Source of the DNA: an uncultured Gemmatimonadota bacterium
Lineage (GTDB): Bacteria; Gemmatimonadota; Gemmatimonadetes; Palauibacterales; Palauibacteraceae
DNA: 64,000 nucleotides
Direction: 5' to 3'
Assembly: GCA_964510615.1 (NCBI GenBank)
Contig: CAZEBA010000006.1
Location: 33,807-97,806 of the forward strand
Shown: positions 47,504 through 57,080 of the stretch, piece by piece
How positions within the stretch are numbered: position 1 is the stretch's first letter
Layout: every line of letters starts with the position of its first letter
Position numbers and translations under genes: made by a program
The notes under the pieces: model-generated
Database searches by the model: none
What the model was told of the DNA's origin: nothing
Seen by the model: the letters and a program-made list of their open reading frames with translations, nothing else

Positions 47504-48226
47504 TTGCCGGCCTGTCCTCACTGCGGGTTCGACGTCGGTTCGGAAGGGGTGGAATGCCCTCTGTGCGGCAGCCGGTTGCGTGGCACCGGAGCGGGAGCGG
47601 GCTCGGAACCGCCGCAGCCCGCGCCAGCCTGGGAGGATCCTTCCATCGCCTTCCCGGGCAACCTCCTGCAAACATGGAGGCGGAGCCTCTTCACGCCGAC
47701 GGCCTTCTACCGGGCCATGCAGGATCGCGGAACGCTGGCCCGACCGCTGCTCTACTACCTCGTCATCTCGGTGATCTCGGCTTTCTTCGTCCTGGTGTGG
47801 CGTTCCGTGGCGCCGCTGTCGCTTCGCGAGATGCTCGGCCCACAGGCTCCGCTGACGCCGCTCGTTCAGTTCTTCTTCGAGCCGTTCGCGGCCCTGATCG
47901 GGCTCGGCGTCGGCGTTCTCCTGCTTCAGCTGTTCGTCCTCATCCTCATCCCGGCCTCGGCCGGCATGCGGGTAACGGCGCGGGTCTTCTGCTACGCCTG
48001 GGGGCCCGCCGTCTTCACGGCCGTTCCGATTCTGGGCCCCGTGGTCGGCCTGATCTGGTCGATCGTGCTTCTGGTCGTCGGCCTCAGGGAAGCTCACGGA
48101 ACGACATCCGCCCGAGCGGCTGCTGCGGTGCTCTTGCCAGTCGGCCTCGTCTTCCTGGCGCTCCTGCTGCTGACGGTCTTGCTCGTCATGGCCGGGCTCG
48201 CCACGGGCGAGCTTCTCCGGTGGTAG
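47504..48226 (+). CDS. Yip1-like membrane protein with N-terminal zinc ribbon
   Basis: CPHC...CPLC, PTAFY, about five TMs. Confidence 0.75.
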   Translation: MPACPHCGFDVGSEGVECPLCGSRLRGTGAGAGSEPPQPAPAWEDPSIAFPGNLLQTWRRSLFTPTAFYRAMQDRGTLARPLLYYLVISVISAFFVLVWRSVAPLSLREMLGPQAPLTPLVQFFFEPFAALIGLGVGVLLLQLFVLILIPASAGMRVTARVFCYAWGPAVFTAVPILGPVVGLIWSIVLLVVGLREAHGTTSARAAAAVLLPVGLVFLALLLLTVLLVMAGLATGELLRW

Positions 48227-49023
48227 TGGCCGGCGGCGGGGACGCCGAGCGCATCCAGCGCGAGATCGAACAGCAGGAATTCACCCGCGGCCACCTTCCG
48301 CCGGGCAGCGAACCGGTCGAACCCCGCCCGGCGGCTACGATCTGCCTGGCTCGCCCGGGGGCTGGCGCTTTTGAGGTTCTTCTGCTCCGGCGGCCGCTCG
48401 AGAGCCGCTTCGCGGCCGGGGCGCACGTCTTTCCCGGCGGCACCATCGATCCGGAGGACGGATCCGCCGCCGCCCTGGGCCGGATCGACGGAAGCTGCGA
48501 AGCGGAGCCCGAAGCGCTCGTCGCCGCGCTTCGCGAGGCGTTCGAGGAGACGGGCCTGCTGCTGGCCGCCGCCGGGGCGGGACAGGTGGCCCTGGCCCGT
48601 GCCGTCTCGGGCCGCCAACGGTTGCTGACTGGCGCCCTGACGTTCGCCGACCTGCTGGCTGCTGCCGGCGTCATGCTGGATGCGTCGGCAGCCGTATACT
48701 TCGCGCGCTGGATCACGCCGGTCGAGCTGGATCGGCGCTACGACACGCGCTTCTTTCTCGGTCGGCACCCCGGCGGCGAGCCGCAACTCACCGCCGAGCA
48801 TACAGGGCACTTGTGGCTGTCCCCCGAGGAGGCCCTGGGAAGGTTCGAGGTGGGCCGGCTGCCGATGCTTTTTCCGACGCGCAAGACGCTGGAGCTCCTG
48901 GCCCGCTTCACCCGTCTGGAAGAGGTGTTCGAGGCGTTTCGAGCGCGGGAGGTGGAGCCGATCCTGGCGGAGCTGATCATCGAGGACGGCCGTGTCCGGC
49001 CGGCACCGGTAGATTTCATCTGA
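48226..49023 (+). CDS. NUDIX hydrolase (NUDT19-like)
   Basis: VFPGGTID, ALREAFEETG, RWITP...RRYDTRFF, PT. Confidence 0.85.
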   Translation: MAGGGDAERIQREIEQQEFTRGHLPPGSEPVEPRPAATICLARPGAGAFEVLLLRRPLESRFAAGAHVFPGGTIDPEDGSAAALGRIDGSCEAEPEALVAALREAFEETGLLLAAAGAGQVALARAVSGRQRLLTGALTFADLLAAAGVMLDASAAVYFARWITPVELDRRYDTRFFLGRHPGGEPQLTAEHTGHLWLSPEEALGRFEVGRLPMLFPTRKTLELLARFTRLEEVFEAFRAREVEPILAELIIEDGRVRPAPVDFI

Positions 49024-49051
49024 GCCGACGTATCGGGCGGAACCCCTCGAG

Positions 49052-49843
49052 TTGGGCGCCGGCGTGGGCGTGGCGGTGGCCGACAATCCCGGCCCGCTCA
49101 CCCTGGATGGCACGCGGATCTACCGGATCGGAGCGCGACGCGCGATCCTGCTCGATCCGGGGCCGGACCGACCGGGTGGTCTCGACCGCGTGAGGCGGCT
49201 GGTGGGCCGGGCGACCGTCGATTGGGTGTGCCTCACCCACGCCCATGCGGATCATGCCGGCCTCGCCGGGGCCGCCTCCGAGGCCTTCGGGGCCCCGCTG
49301 GCGGCGTCGCCCGCGACGCTGGCGCGACTCGGCCTGGAGGGGCGCGAGCTGGCGGAGGCTGACCGGCTCGACGTCGACGACGGCCGCGGCTGGGTCGAGG
49401 TGATCGAGACGCCCGGACACTCCGACGATTCCCTCAGCTTCTACCTCCGGCCGGCCGGCTGGCTGTTCACCGGCGACACGGTGCTGGGCGCGGAGTCGAC
49501 GCTAGTGGCGCACCCGGACGGCCGCATGGGCTCCTACCTGGCGAGCCTCGCCCGGCTCATCTCGTTGCGGCCGAATCGTCTACTCCCGGGACACGGCGAG
49601 CCACTCGTCGAGGCCGTGGCCGCCCTCGAACGTTACCGGCGCCACCGGCTGTCGAGGGAGAGGCAGATCCAGGATGCGATTCGGGACGGGGCCGGTTCGG
49701 TCGAAGCCATCCGTCGCCGCGTCTATCCGGAGCTCCCCGCAGGCCTGGAGCGGGCCGCCGACATGTCGATCCGCGCGCACCTCCTCCACCTCGCCGAGCG
49801 CGGACTGCTCTCCGCCGACCTCGCCAAGGGCTTCGAGCTCTGA
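49052..49843 (+). CDS. MBL-fold hydrolase (LACTB2-like)
   Basis: NPGPLTLDGT, THAHADH, TPGHS, FTGD, PGHG. Confidence 0.85.
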   Translation: MGAGVGVAVADNPGPLTLDGTRIYRIGARRAILLDPGPDRPGGLDRVRRLVGRATVDWVCLTHAHADHAGLAGAASEAFGAPLAASPATLARLGLEGRELAEADRLDVDDGRGWVEVIETPGHSDDSLSFYLRPAGWLFTGDTVLGAESTLVAHPDGRMGSYLASLARLISLRPNRLLPGHGEPLVEAVAALERYRRHRLSRERQIQDAIRDGAGSVEAIRRRVYPELPAGLERAADMSIRAHLLHLAERGLLSADLAKGFEL

Positions 49844-51075
49844 TCCCACCGACCGACGGACGCGACAGGCGCCGCGTCCTGTCTCTCGGCGTCGTCTTCG
49901 TCACGGTCGTCATCAACCTGATCGGGTTCGGCATTGTCCTGCCGCTCCTGCCGTTCTTCGCCACGGACCTGGGGGCGAGCCCGTTCGCGGTCGGCGGCAT
50001 CATCGGCTCCTACTCGGCGATGCAGTTCCTGGTGGCTCCCGTCTGGGGACGGCTCTCGGATCGCCACGGTCGTCGGCTGCCGCTCATCCTCGGCTTGGTG
50101 GGGACGGCCGGGTCGTACCTGGTCTTCGCGTTCGCCGGAACGGTGTGGATTCTCCTGCTGTCGCGGATGGTCGGCGGGGTTGCCGGGGCCACGATACCCG
50201 TCGCTCAGGCCTACGTCGCCGACCGGAGTCCACGCGAGGGGCGGGCGAGGGCCATGGGGCTGATCGGGGCCGCGTTCGGCATCGGCTTCATCATCGGCCC
50301 TGCGATGGGCGGGTTCCTGAGCCGGTGGGGGTACGTCGTGCCCGGCCTGGTGGCCGCCGGTCTGAGCCTGCTGGCGGCAGCGGTGGCGATCGCCTTCCTT
50401 CCCGAATCGCTTCCGCCGGAGAAGAGGAAGGTGCCGGCCGCAGGGGCCGGCTCGGGCGTCCGGGCGGCGAGCGAGCAGCTTCGAGCGCTCTCAGCCACCC
50501 TGGGCGATGCCCGCTTTCGCGGCCCCATCGGGGCCACGTTGCTGGCGAACACGGGGATCGCGGCCTACACGACCATCTTCCCCCTGCTGCTCGAGGACCC
50601 CATCGGGATGACCGCGGTCGAGGCCGGGATCTTCTTCACCTACGCGGGCGTCGTGTCGGCCACGACCCAGGGTCTGCTCGTCGGGCCCGCGGTCGATCGC
50701 CTGGGCGAGAAGCGGATGGCGGTGGCTGGGTCGGTGTTTGTCATGATCGCGCTGCTCGTGCTCGCCTGGGCACCCGACACGCGCGGCATCCTGCTCTCGC
50801 TGACCCTGCTGGGTGGTGGGTGGGGGTTCTTCAACCCCGCCCTGCTCGGCATCCTGTCGGCCCGCGCGGGCGACGCCGACCAGGGCAGCGTGCTCGGCGT
50901 GAATCAGTCGGCGGGCGCCCTGGCGCGCGTGGTGGGGCCGGGAGCGGGCGGCTGGGCCTTCGGTGCGCTGGGTTACACGCTGGCATTTCACGCCGCGGCC
51001 GCGCTGCTCGGCCTGACGGCCCTCTGGCTTCTCGGCATCCCGGAACGGCCCAGCGGGCCGGCCGTAGAATCCTAG
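49840..51075 (+). CDS. MFS transporter (TetA/DHA1-like)
   Basis: GRLSDRHGRR motif A, GFIIGPAMGG motif C; TM1 lies upstream of the first ATG (50020), frame reaches a CTG overlapping the prior TGA. Confidence 0.85.
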   Translation: MIPPTDGRDRRRVLSLGVVFVTVVINLIGFGIVLPLLPFFATDLGASPFAVGGIIGSYSAMQFLVAPVWGRLSDRHGRRLPLILGLVGTAGSYLVFAFAGTVWILLLSRMVGGVAGATIPVAQAYVADRSPREGRARAMGLIGAAFGIGFIIGPAMGGFLSRWGYVVPGLVAAGLSLLAAAVAIAFLPESLPPEKRKVPAAGAGSGVRAASEQLRALSATLGDARFRGPIGATLLANTGIAAYTTIFPLLLEDPIGMTAVEAGIFFTYAGVVSATTQGLLVGPAVDRLGEKRMAVAGSVFVMIALLVLAWAPDTRGILLSLTLLGGGWGFFNPALLGILSARAGDADQGSVLGVNQSAGALARVVGPGAGGWAFGALGYTLAFHAAAALLGLTALWLLGIPERPSGPAVES

Positions 51076-51106
51076 GCCGCCGAGCGTGAAAAAGGAGCAG
51101 AAGCGA

Positions 51107-52549
51107 ATGGAACGGCCGCGGACGGTGGGAGAGTTGAGGCGATCCGGATACGAGCCGCGATCGGTAAAGGACGAGCTGCGCGGCAACCTTCGTCGACGGC
51201 TGGGCGACGGAAAGCCTATCTTTCCGGGGATCATCGGTTACGACGACAGCGTCATCCCGGGAATCGCGCACGCCATTCTGTCGCGGCACAACTTCATCCT
51301 CCTCGGTCTCAGGGGGCAGGCCAAGAGCCGGATCCTGCGAGCGCTGGTCGGGCTGCTCGATCCCGCGATTCCGGTGCTCGAGGGTTCGGAGGTCAACGAC
51401 GACCCGCTCGCCCCGATCAGCCACTTCGGGCGACGCCAGCTGGAGGAGCGGGGGGAGGACGCGCCGGTGTGCTGGATCGAGCGGGACAGCCGGTACGTCG
51501 AGAAGCTGGCGACGCCGGATGTGACCGTGGCGGATCTCATCGGGGATCTGGATCCGATCCGGGCCGCCAGGGGCGGTCGACTGCTCTCCGACGAGCTGAA
51601 CATCCACTTCGGGCTGTTGCCGCGAGCCAACCGAGGCATCTTCGCCATCAACGAGCTCCCCGATCTGGCGGGCAAGGTGCAGGTAGCCCTGTTCAACGTC
51701 ATGCAGGAGGGGGACGTCCAGATCAAGGGCTTTCCCGTCCGCCTTCCCCTGGATGTCCAACTCGTGTTCACGGCGAACCCGGAGGACTACACGGCGCGCG
51801 GAAAGATCATCACGCCGCTCAAGGACCGGGTGGGCTCCGAGGTGGTCACCCACTACCCGCGAGAGCTGGAGACCGGCATCGCCATCACGCAGCAGGAGGC
51901 GTGGCACGAGCGGGAGATGGACGTGGTGATGCCGTCGTTCGTGAAGGAGATCGTGGAGCGGATCGCCTTCGAGGCGAGGGCGGACAAGCGGGTGGACCAA
52001 CGGTCGGGCGTGAGCCAGCGGATGCCGATCACCGTGACCGAGAACGCGGTGTCGGCCGCGGAGCGGCGGGCGTTGCTGCTGGGCGAGGAGAGGGCGACGG
52101 TGCGTCCCGTCGACCTGTATGCCGCTCTGCCTTCGATCACCGGCAAGCTGGAGCTCGAGTACGAGGGCGAGCTTCAGGGAGCGGAGGGGATTGCCACCGA
52201 CCTGATCGAACGAGCCTGCGAGGCGACGTTCGACGCCTTCTTCGAGGCCGAGGCGGCGGCGCCGATCATCGAGCACTTCGAGCTGGGCGGCGTGCTCCGG
52301 ATCTCCGAGTTGAGCCGCGGCGGCGCCCTGGTCGAGGGGTTCGCGAGGGTGGCCGGTCTCCTGCCGCTGGTAGAGACATCCGGGATGGTGGCGGAGGATG
52401 CGGCCGCCGAAGAGGTGGCCGCGGCCTGCGAGCTCGTGCTCGAGGCCCTCCACGCGAAGCGGAAGATCCTTCGTTCGGATTCGGGCTACGAGCGCCGGTC
52501 CCCTCCTCGCCGCCCCGGGGGCGAGGCTCCGTTCGGCGGGACGCTCTAG
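51107..52549 (+). CDS. Mg-chelatase/MoxR-like AAA+ ATPase
   Basis: GLRGQAKS Walker A variant, AINELPDL, ANPEDYT, LKDR; AGGAG RBS. Confidence 0.85.
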   Translation: MERPRTVGELRRSGYEPRSVKDELRGNLRRRLGDGKPIFPGIIGYDDSVIPGIAHAILSRHNFILLGLRGQAKSRILRALVGLLDPAIPVLEGSEVNDDPLAPISHFGRRQLEERGEDAPVCWIERDSRYVEKLATPDVTVADLIGDLDPIRAARGGRLLSDELNIHFGLLPRANRGIFAINELPDLAGKVQVALFNVMQEGDVQIKGFPVRLPLDVQLVFTANPEDYTARGKIITPLKDRVGSEVVTHYPRELETGIAITQQEAWHEREMDVVMPSFVKEIVERIAFEARADKRVDQRSGVSQRMPITVTENAVSAAERRALLLGEERATVRPVDLYAALPSITGKLELEYEGELQGAEGIATDLIERACEATFDAFFEAEAAAPIIEHFELGGVLRISELSRGGALVEGFARVAGLLPLVETSGMVAEDAAAEEVAAACELVLEALHAKRKILRSDSGYERRSPPRRPGGEAPFGGTL

Positions 52550-53658
52550 ACGCTCGCGGACGGCGCCTCGGTTCCGGCGAGTCGCCCGACGACGCCGAGG
52601 CTGGCGGCCGGAAACGCGTACTCTCCGAGCGAGCGCGGCTCCACCCACCGCACCTCGGTGGCGGCCCGCGGTCGCGCCTCGCCCGAAAGGTGCGTCGCCT
52701 GGTGGAAGTGCAGGGTGACCCGGAAGTGGCTGTAGGCGTGGTCCACGCGGTCGATGAGCTCGCCGACGGCGACTTCGATCCCGATCTCCTCCATCAGCTC
52801 TCGCTTCACGGCATCGGCCGCCGACTCCCCCGCCTCCAGCTTGCCCCCCGGGAACTCCCACAGCCCGCCCAGCAGACCCGCGGGTGGTCGGCGCGCGATC
52901 AGCACCTGCCGATCCCGCCATACGACGCCGACGCCGACGGCCTGGTGGGGAAGAGGGGCGCGACGACGCCGCGGCGGGCGTTCGTCGACTCGCCCGTTCG
53001 CCAGCGCCCGGCAGCACGAAGCCAGCGGACAGGTTCCGCAGCCCGGCCGCCGGGGGGTGCAGACGGTGGCCGCCAGATCCATCATCGCCTGGTTGATCTC
53101 GGCCGCGCGCCCCGGCCTGGCCTCGATCAGGCCGCGGGCGGCGGACTCGAGCGTTGGCGGCGTGGGTCGGGCGAGGTCGAAGAGGCGGCTCAGCAACCGC
53201 CGCACGTTCCCGTCGACCGCCGGCTCGTCCCGGCCGAAGGCGAGGCTGGCGATCGCGCCCGCCGTGTACGGGCCGATCCCCGGGAGCGTCTCGAGCTGGC
53301 CCGGCTCGTCGGGTAGAGTGCCTCCGTACCGCCGGACCACCTCGCATGCCGCGGCACGCAGGCGTCTAGCCCGTGCGTAGTATCCCAGACCCTCCCACTC
53401 CTTCAGCACCTCATCCAGCGAAGCGTCGGCGAGGGCCTCGGGCGACGGGAAGCGCTCGAGGAACCGGTCGTAGTAGCGGAGCACGCTTCCGATCCGCGTC
53501 TGCTGCGCCATCACCTCCCCGATCCAGATCCGATAGGCGTCGCGAGACCGACGCCACGGGACGTCACGGTCTCCGGGCCGATACCAGGTCAGCAGAGAAT
53601 CCGCGAGCCGTCGGCGCTCCGTCAGAGACGCGCTCGGGGCGCCAGGCTCAGCCCTCAT
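52546..53658 (-). CDS. mutY: A/G-specific adenine glycosylase
   Basis: EVMAQQT, WEGLGYYARAR, LPGIGPYTA, VDGNVRR, 4Fe-4S C-x6-C-x2-C-x5-C, C-terminal NUDIX-like domain. Confidence 0.96.
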   Translation of the reverse strand: MRAEPGAPSASLTERRRLADSLLTWYRPGDRDVPWRRSRDAYRIWIGEVMAQQTRIGSVLRYYDRFLERFPSPEALADASLDEVLKEWEGLGYYARARRLRAAACEVVRRYGGTLPDEPGQLETLPGIGPYTAGAIASLAFGRDEPAVDGNVRRLLSRLFDLARPTPPTLESAARGLIEARPGRAAEINQAMMDLAATVCTPRRPGCGTCPLASCCRALANGRVDERPPRRRRAPLPHQAVGVGVVWRDRQVLIARRPPAGLLGGLWEFPGGKLEAGESAADAVKRELMEEIGIEVAVGELIDRVDHAYSHFRVTLHFHQATHLSGEARPRAATEVRWVEPRSLGEYAFPAASLGVVGRLAGTEAPSASV

Positions 53659-54568
53659 CCGCCTCGTCCTCCCGGGCGGTAGACGGCACGGTAGCGGACG
53701 TCCCGTACTCCGCGAGCTGCGCGCGCGGATACACGCCGTCGAACACGCGACGTGCCGGCCCCTCGAGGCGGACGCGCCGCCGCCGGCCGGCTTCCGCCAC
53801 CTCGTTGCCGGCGTCCGGCAGCGAGACGTGCAATGCAGCGCCGCTGCGCGTGTTCAGCGTCAGGGCAGGGTCCGTGATCCCGGCCGCGTGGAGCGCGAGG
53901 GCGGTGGCCATCGCGCCGCTCCCGCACGCGAGCGTCTCGCCCTCGACGCCGCGCTCATACGTGCGGATCTCCACCTCGGAGCGATTGCGCCGGACGATCA
54001 GGTCGACGTTGGCGCCCGCCGGTCCGAGGGCGGAGTCGAATCGGATCGGTCGGACGAGGGGCTCGATTTCCCCTTCGGGCATGCGGTCGATCGGAAGCAC
54101 GAGGTGGGGAGTACCGACCTGAACGAGCCAGCCGCCGGCCAATGCCCCTGCCCACGGTACGCTCAACGGCCGCTCGACCCAGATCTCCATCTCGTAGTCG
54201 AGGGCCACCCGGTCGCCGCGAACGTGCGCCTGGACGACGCCGGCCGCCGTCTCGATGGCCACGGCGGCGCCGGCCACGAGTCCGCGCCGGCGAGCGAAGA
54301 GGGCGACGCAGCGGGTGCCGTTCCCACAGGTGGAGAATTCGGACCCGTCGGGATTGAAGAAGCGAGCGGCCACCCGCTCCGGTTGACGCGATTCGACGAT
54401 GATGAAGCCGTCCACGCCGACCCCGGTCCTACGCGGGCAGAGGGACCGGGCCAAGGCGGCGGGCTCGAGCGAGCCCGTGTCGGCGGCGGCCACGATCGCG
54501 AAATCGTTTCCGGCGCCGCTATACTTGCTGAACGGGACCGAGGGCGCATCTGGCTGCACGGCAGGCAT
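53648..54568 (-). CDS. dapF: Diaminopimelate epimerase
   Basis: GAGNDF, NPDGS, CGNG, GTPH, YERGVE, ACGSG. Confidence 0.93.
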   Translation of the reverse strand: MPAVQPDAPSVPFSKYSGAGNDFAIVAAADTGSLEPAALARSLCPRRTGVGVDGFIIVESRQPERVAARFFNPDGSEFSTCGNGTRCVALFARRRGLVAGAAVAIETAAGVVQAHVRGDRVALDYEMEIWVERPLSVPWAGALAGGWLVQVGTPHLVLPIDRMPEGEIEPLVRPIRFDSALGPAGANVDLIVRRNRSEVEIRTYERGVEGETLACGSGAMATALALHAAGITDPALTLNTRSGAALHVSLPDAGNEVAEAGRRRRVRLEGPARRVFDGVYPRAQLAEYGTSATVPSTAREDEADEG

Positions 54569-54613
54569 CCGGACGAGTGTGGGTTTCGGATAACGTACCG
54601 TGGAGAGAGGGTC

Positions 54614-55888
54614 GTGAGAACCATCACGTATGAACAGTATAGGGGCGGCCTGCTCGATGCCCTCAATCTGCAGTCGCTCCTCGACCGGCTCAGCGATTTC
54701 CTCCTCGATTCCGGTTTCGGGGGCTGGAGCCGGGACCCGGATACCGGCGAGCCGGCGGAAGCCGATGGCCTCGAGAGGTTGAAGGATGCGATCCTGCGCG
54801 CCCTTGTCGAGACGGGCGACGTCACGCCCGAGATGCTGCAGGCGCTGCGCGGCGAAGGCGAGGCCGATCCGGCGACGCTGGACAGCATCGCTCGCCTGTT
54901 GGATGAGATCGTCGACCGCCTCGTAGCGGAGGGTTACATCCGCGTGGAACGAGCGCCGCGTGCGACGGAGGAGGTGAGGCCGGTGACCGGGGCGGGAAGC
55001 ATCGGCCGGGGTGCCGCCCGCGCGGTGAAGTTCGAGCTCCGCCGCAAGAGCCTGGATCTGCTCGGCTACCGCGCCCTGCGTGAGCTGCTCGGGCCGAGGG
55101 GCCAGGCAGGGGTCGGCGCCCACGAGACCCGCGAGCTGTCCACGGGGGTGGAGGCGGAGTCGGGCTCGAAACCGTACGAGTTCGGAGACACCCTGAACCT
55201 GGACGTTCCCGCGACCCTGCGCAGTGCGATCGCCCGCTCGGGCCTGCAGTTTCCTCTGGAGATCGACTACCCGGACCTCCAGGTGCACCAGGCGAACTAT
55301 CGATCGAGCTGCGCAACGGTCCTCATGCTGGACTGCAGCCATTCGATGATCCTGTACGGCGAGGACCGGTTCACGCCGGCGAAGAAGGTCGCGCTCGCCC
55401 TCTCCCACCTCCTGCGCACACAGTATCCGGGCGACACGCTACGCTGCGTGCTCTTCCACGACAGCGCGGAGGAGATCCCTCTTTCCGCCCTCGCGCGCGC
55501 GCAGGTCGGCCCGTATCACACGAACACGGCCGAGGGGCTGCGGATCGCCCGGCGCCTGCTGCGGTCCGAGAGGGGCGAGATGCGGCAGATCCTCATGATC
55601 ACCGACGGAAAACCCAGCGCGATCACCCTCTCCGGGGGGCGGATCTACAAGAACTCCATGGGACTGGATGGCCGGATCCTGCGGGAAACGTACCGCGAGG
55701 TGTCCGCGTGCCGGCGGGCCGGCATCGTCATCAACACCTTCATGCTGGCGAGAACGCCCGCTCTGGTCGCCTTCGTCCGCGAGGTGACGGAGATCTCCCG
55801 CGGCAAGGCCTACTTCACCACCACGATGTCGCTGGGCCAGTACATCCTGATGGACTACGTGAGCCGCAAGATCCGGCGGGTCCATTGA
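54614..55888 (+). CDS. VWA-domain protein (partner of MoxR-like ATPase)
   Basis: YEFGD, DCSHSM MIDAS, TNT, TDGKP. Confidence 0.85.
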   Translation: MRTITYEQYRGGLLDALNLQSLLDRLSDFLLDSGFGGWSRDPDTGEPAEADGLERLKDAILRALVETGDVTPEMLQALRGEGEADPATLDSIARLLDEIVDRLVAEGYIRVERAPRATEEVRPVTGAGSIGRGAARAVKFELRRKSLDLLGYRALRELLGPRGQAGVGAHETRELSTGVEAESGSKPYEFGDTLNLDVPATLRSAIARSGLQFPLEIDYPDLQVHQANYRSSCATVLMLDCSHSMILYGEDRFTPAKKVALALSHLLRTQYPGDTLRCVLFHDSAEEIPLSALARAQVGPYHTNTAEGLRIARRLLRSERGEMRQILMITDGKPSAITLSGGRIYKNSMGLDGRILRETYREVSACRRAGIVINTFMLARTPALVAFVREVTEISRGKAYFTTTMSLGQYILMDYVSRKIRRVH

Positions 55889-55895
55889 GACCGGC

Positions 55896-56579
55896 ATGAA
55901 CGACTTCCCCCGTACGGCGGACTCTTCCTCGGAGTCGGACGTCACCGGTCCGGCGCGGGAGCGGGCCGTGAAGCGGCTGTCGGCCCACTTCGCGGCCGAC
56001 CATCTCGAGGTGGCCGAACTGGAGCGCCGGCTGGATCTGGTCTACGCGGCCCGCACCCCGGCAGAGCTGGCCGAGCCGCTGGCGGATCTCCCGGCTCTCG
56101 CCGAGGTGGAGGAGGCGCCGGCCGCGACCGCCGTCCAGGTCGAGCCTTGGCGTTCGGTGCCCAGGAACCAGACGATGGTGGCCGTGATGGGTGGTGCGGA
56201 ACGGAAGGGGAAGTGGACTCCGCCTCGCCACATGAACGTCTTGGCCGTGATGGGCGGCGCGGGCCTGGACTTCAGGGAAGCCCGATTCGGCGAGCCGGTG
56301 ACCGAGGTGACGCTCGTCGTCTTCATGGGCGGCGTCGAGATCATCGTGCCACCGGGGGTTCGCGTGGAGTCGAACGGCTTCGCCCTCATGGGCGGCTTCG
56401 AGCAGGTCTCGGAGGACACGGCGGGTCCCGACGCGCCTCTGATCAAGGTGAACGGGTTCGTTTGCATGGGAGGGGCGGAGATCAAGGTGCGTCTGCCCGG
56501 CGAGAGCGCGCAAGAAGCCCGCCGGCGGGTCCGTCGGCAGAAGCGTCGCCGGCAGCTTCCGCCCGAGGGAGACGGCTGA
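55896..56579 (+). CDS. DUF1707/SHOCT-like plus LiaF-like beta-domain protein
   Basis: RERAVKRLSAHF...ELERRL; repeated vMGG strands. Confidence 0.75.
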   Translation: MNDFPRTADSSSESDVTGPARERAVKRLSAHFAADHLEVAELERRLDLVYAARTPAELAEPLADLPALAEVEEAPAATAVQVEPWRSVPRNQTMVAVMGGAERKGKWTPPRHMNVLAVMGGAGLDFREARFGEPVTEVTLVVFMGGVEIIVPPGVRVESNGFALMGGFEQVSEDTAGPDAPLIKVNGFVCMGGAEIKVRLPGESAQEARRRVRRQKRRRQLPPEGDG

Positions 56580-56589
56580 TCGGGCCCGG

Positions 56590-56619
56590 TTGACGCTATC
56601 GGAGGACCGCCGGTATTGT
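56590..56619 (+). promoter_or_regulatory. sigma70 promoter of the gcv operon
   Basis: TTGACG-N18-TATTGT. Confidence 0.55.
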
Positions 56620-56671
56620 CAGGCCCCGCGCCGCCGTGCCGGCGGCCAGAGCAAGCGAGCGGAGGAGCTCG

Positions 56672-57058
56672 ATGTCGAGCATTCCCGAGGTTCTCAGGTA
56701 CACGGAAGAGCACGAGTACGTACGCGCGGATAACTCGGCCGAGATCGTCATCGGCATCACCGACTACGCCCAAGGCGAGCTGGGGGACGTGGTGTACGTC
56801 GAGCTCCCGGCCGCGGGCGACAGCTTCGAGCGGATGGAGGTCTTCGGGACGATCGAAGCGGTCAAGGCGGTGTCCGATCTCTACTGCCCGGTCTCGGGCG
56901 AGGTCGTGGAGGTCAACGAAGCGCTCGACGCGGATCCGGCGCTCGTCAACTCCGACCCGTACGGCGAAGGCTGGATGATCCGGCTCAAGGTGCGCGACGA
57001 GTCGGAGCTGGATGAGCTGCTGGATGCCGACGCCTACCGGGCGCTCGTCGAGGAGTGA
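56672..57058 (+). CDS. gcvH: Glycine cleavage system H protein
   Basis: GITDYAQGELGDVVYVE, lipoyl EAVKA, DPYGEGW. Confidence 0.96.
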   Translation: MSSIPEVLRYTEEHEYVRADNSAEIVIGITDYAQGELGDVVYVELPAAGDSFERMEVFGTIEAVKAVSDLYCPVSGEVVEVNEALDADPALVNSDPYGEGWMIRLKVRDESELDELLDADAYRALVEE

Positions 57059-57080
57059 GGCAGTAGACGGCCCGCCCGCC

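Noticed and set aside
56580-56671. Glycine riboswitch upstream of gcvH
   Set aside because: Too short after the promoter and no aptamer consensus
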